Assembly: GCF_009914755.1 (NCBI RefSeq) | Contig: NC_060930.1 | Strand: one strand, 5' to 3' | DNA length: 64,000 nt | Source of the DNA: the human T2T-CHM13v2.0 reference genome, Homo sapiens | In this document: piece by piece, positions 61,014 to 64,000 of the stretch | Layout of the letters: the number at the start of each line of letters is the position of its first letter | Position numbering within the stretch: position 1 is the stretch's first letter | Translations under genes and position numbers: made by a program | The notes under the pieces: generated by a model | Databases searched by the model: none | Seen by the model: only the letters and a program-made list of their open reading frames with translations | Told to the model about the DNA's origin: nothing

Positions 61014-62785
61014 TAAAGAAAAAAAAAGTTGTCCTTCCTCTTCCCAGGGTTAGACATTTACCATCAAAATTTAGATACAGCTTTAAACGAATACACACAC
61101 ACACACATACAAACACAGTAGAGAGCAGTGAAAAATATCTTATTTTAAGTATTTCTTAGGTATAGCTTTATAGTGGTAATTATCGCTAATATAACAACTC
61201 TTATAAATACCTTTATTTATAATTTTTCCCTTTGTAGAATAGCTGACTTCAATTGCTAAATCTCATATCACCATAACTCCCAACTGAGCCTTCAGTACAA
61301 CCTCCTAGACTTGCATTTTAATGTTCACCATGATTACCAAGGCAATAAAAGATGCTGAAGTGAATTCTACAGTCATCAAAAAAAATTAATTATACTTAAT
61401 ATACTACTGATTTTATTTGTTGTGTTCTGATTCTTTGAAAATAATTGGTAAACCATATGTGTTTAATGTAATAGCTTTCTATTAACCAGAATATTTAATA
61501 AGCCAAAACATTGATTTTCCCACCATCTTGGAAAACCAAATTTAATGTCTTCAATACATAACAAAGTTGAAGTTGATGACATTATTGTGACATAGGTATT
61601 TGTTAAGCTCCACTTCCTCTCCAGAAAGAAGCCTGAGGGGTTTTCTTGATTTAAAGCAGAGTACATTTGGGATCCTGAAATTTCAAACCAGCTAATGAAT
61701 TTGAGGCTCTGTGTTTATTCCAGAAAATAAAATCACTTTGTTTAAAATTAATGTGAGCATTATGTATTATTCCATTAAAGGAAGTCTCTGAGGGCAAGAG
61801 TAGCTTTCAACCTGATTTACAAGTTAATAGTCGTTTGCAAAGGACTGTACACATTTTCCTAGAGAAAAATTATACCACAATCCCATTTCCTCTCTATCCC
61901 TCTATGAACATTGACTAAGTTCAACAACTGCATTAAAAGTCTCTGTGATGGAAGGGCTTCCAAGAAGGGAATAAAAAAAAGAGAGAGAGAAAATAAGATC
62001 AATTTATCTAATTGAACACCAAAGCATGGCAATTCATTCATTCATTTATTCATTTAACAAGTAAATTTTGTTACATTTTAGAATGTATCATAAATATTTC
62101 AATTTCACAAATTATACAAATGTAAACAATTATATTGTGTGTGAAACTGTATTTAAGCATATAGTATCCGCCCAAGTGCATTTAGAAGAAGACACAACAT
62201 ATTCTTTAATGCCGAGCATGTTCTCTTCTGCTCAACCCTACTCTCTTGGAAAATCTGTGCTTTAGACAAATTCTAGTTTAACAAACCCAGATCAGAATTC
62301 CATATTGAAAAAAAAGGGGGGGATTTGTTGAACAAAATATAGTTGCTCCAGTTGTAGTTGAAAGGCTTTCTCTGGATTTGTTTTTTCTCGTCGGCCTAGC
62401 GGTAGACTGCCTCCAGGGGGCACCAGAATACAGCAGATTTCTATCAATGCGTAAAACTAGTTGAATCAAAGTAAGTTTCCAGGACATAAAATAGGCTGTG
62501 GGTAGGGTGCAGTTGCTAAAGAGAAAAGTAGGTTGTAATTTGTTCACCTGTGCATTATTTTCATCATCTTTTAAAAATGCCTTTTTTATATTCCATAATC
62601 TGGTTCTTTTATTCAAATTTTAAGAGGAAGCAATTCTCAATGGTGATCTCTTCCTGACAATAACGTCCTGTGACAGCTAGCTACTCACCTACAAATGTCT
62701 TATAGTCCAAGCTAAACTATAGCTCCTTGAGGGTAGATTCCATTCCTCTTTGCATATTTCTCCAGCTCCTAGCTAAATATAGTAG

Positions 62786-63096
<311 letters not shown>

Positions 63097-63302
63097 CCAT
63101 GCCCAATACATTTTTAATTTAAGAATGGTGCAGAGAAGAGCAGCACAGTGTAAAACTGAAGAGCCAAGGGGCTCTGGTGACTGCTGAGAGTACAGCAGAG
63201 TGAAATACAGATGCGAAGTTACTTAGTGGATCTGAAACATGTAAATGGCATTGGCTATCTTAAAATGTCCTTGATGTGATGGTAATTGTTCCATTTCCTT
63301 GC

Positions 63303-63448
63303 TTTTTTATTTTTATCTATTTTGAGACAGAGTCTTGCTCTGTTGCCCATGCTGGATTACAGTGGCACAATCACCCTTGACACCTCAAGAGTGTCACCTA
63401 GACCTCCCCAGTAGCTGGGACTACAGGTGCCCACGCTCATACCCAGCT

Positions 63449-63483
<35 letters not shown>

Positions 63484-63582
63484 ATGTTGCCCAGGCTGGT
63501 CTGGAACCCCAGGGCTCCAGGTATCCTCCCACCTCAGTATCCTAAAGTGCTGGGATTATAGGCATGAGCCACCAATCCCAAC
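63303..63582 (-). mobile_element. Degenerate AluJ with an expanded (~30 nt) middle A tract
   Basis: Reverse-complement dimer. Confidence 0.88.
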
Positions 63583-63609
63583 CTCATTTCACTTTAAAAT
63601 GCTATTTTA

Positions 63610-63716
63610 GGAGGCAGGAGGATCACTTGAGCCCAGGAGTTCAAGGCTTCAGTGAGCCATGATCATGCCATTGCTACTCTAGCCTGAGCTACAGAGTGGG
63701 AGCCTGTCTCAAAAAT
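63610..63716 (+). mobile_element. Alu right-arm fragment (AluJ/FRAM)
   Basis: gaggcaggaggatcacttgagcccaggagttcaagg...gtctcaaaaa. Confidence 0.85.
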
Positions 63717-63834
63717 TTTTTTTAAATCTTTTTTTTTAAGCTACTTTATAGCAATAGTGTTCTCCAGCACTTCTGGGAGCCTACTTTCCTACAGAGAGCG
63801 CAAAATTGAGATACAATGTGCCACGCAGTGCTAC

Positions 63835-63960
63835 ACAATGCCATTTTATATCAGGGACTTGAGCATCTGAGGATTTTGGTACGGAGGAGGTAGCCTGGAT
63901 GCAAAGTTGGCGTGGATTGGCCCAGAACCAATCCCCCGTGGATACTGAAGGAAAGCCATA
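63835..63960. mobile_element. Tigger3/MER2-like end fragment
   Basis: ccattttatatcagggacttgagcatc...gaaccaatcccccgtggatactga. Confidence 0.65.
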
Positions 63961-64000
63961 CCAACCTATTTATATTTCCAAAAAAGTTCAGACATTTCAT

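Overview
Primate (most likely human) genomic DNA, repeat-rich and largely non-coding. It contains about 23 Alu or Alu-monomer copies and a 5'-truncated but nearly complete, dead L1PA element on the minus strand (44264-50205) carrying a duplicated 3' end. An old L1M on the plus strand (~51140-58950) hosts a full-length processed RPSA pseudogene, two Alus and another L1 fragment; solo LTRs, DNA-transposon fossils, L2/MIR remnants and STRs make up most of the rest. The first 12 kb hold three candidate 3' exons of an unidentified plus-strand gene entering from upstream (1118-~1325, 5790-5901, 11574-~12235). Structure the repeats do not explain: three ungapped inverted duplications (8242-8351, 12634-12806, 33031-33410), a direct copy of downstream flank pasted inside the old L1 (57540 vs 59068), and two retroelements with seamlessly duplicated 3' halves under one TSD. 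I found no prokaryote-type system (no CRISPR array, operon, tRNA or rRNA) and cannot support a claim of a new biological system. Repeat subfamily names are from memory of consensus sequences and need RepeatMasker confirmation.
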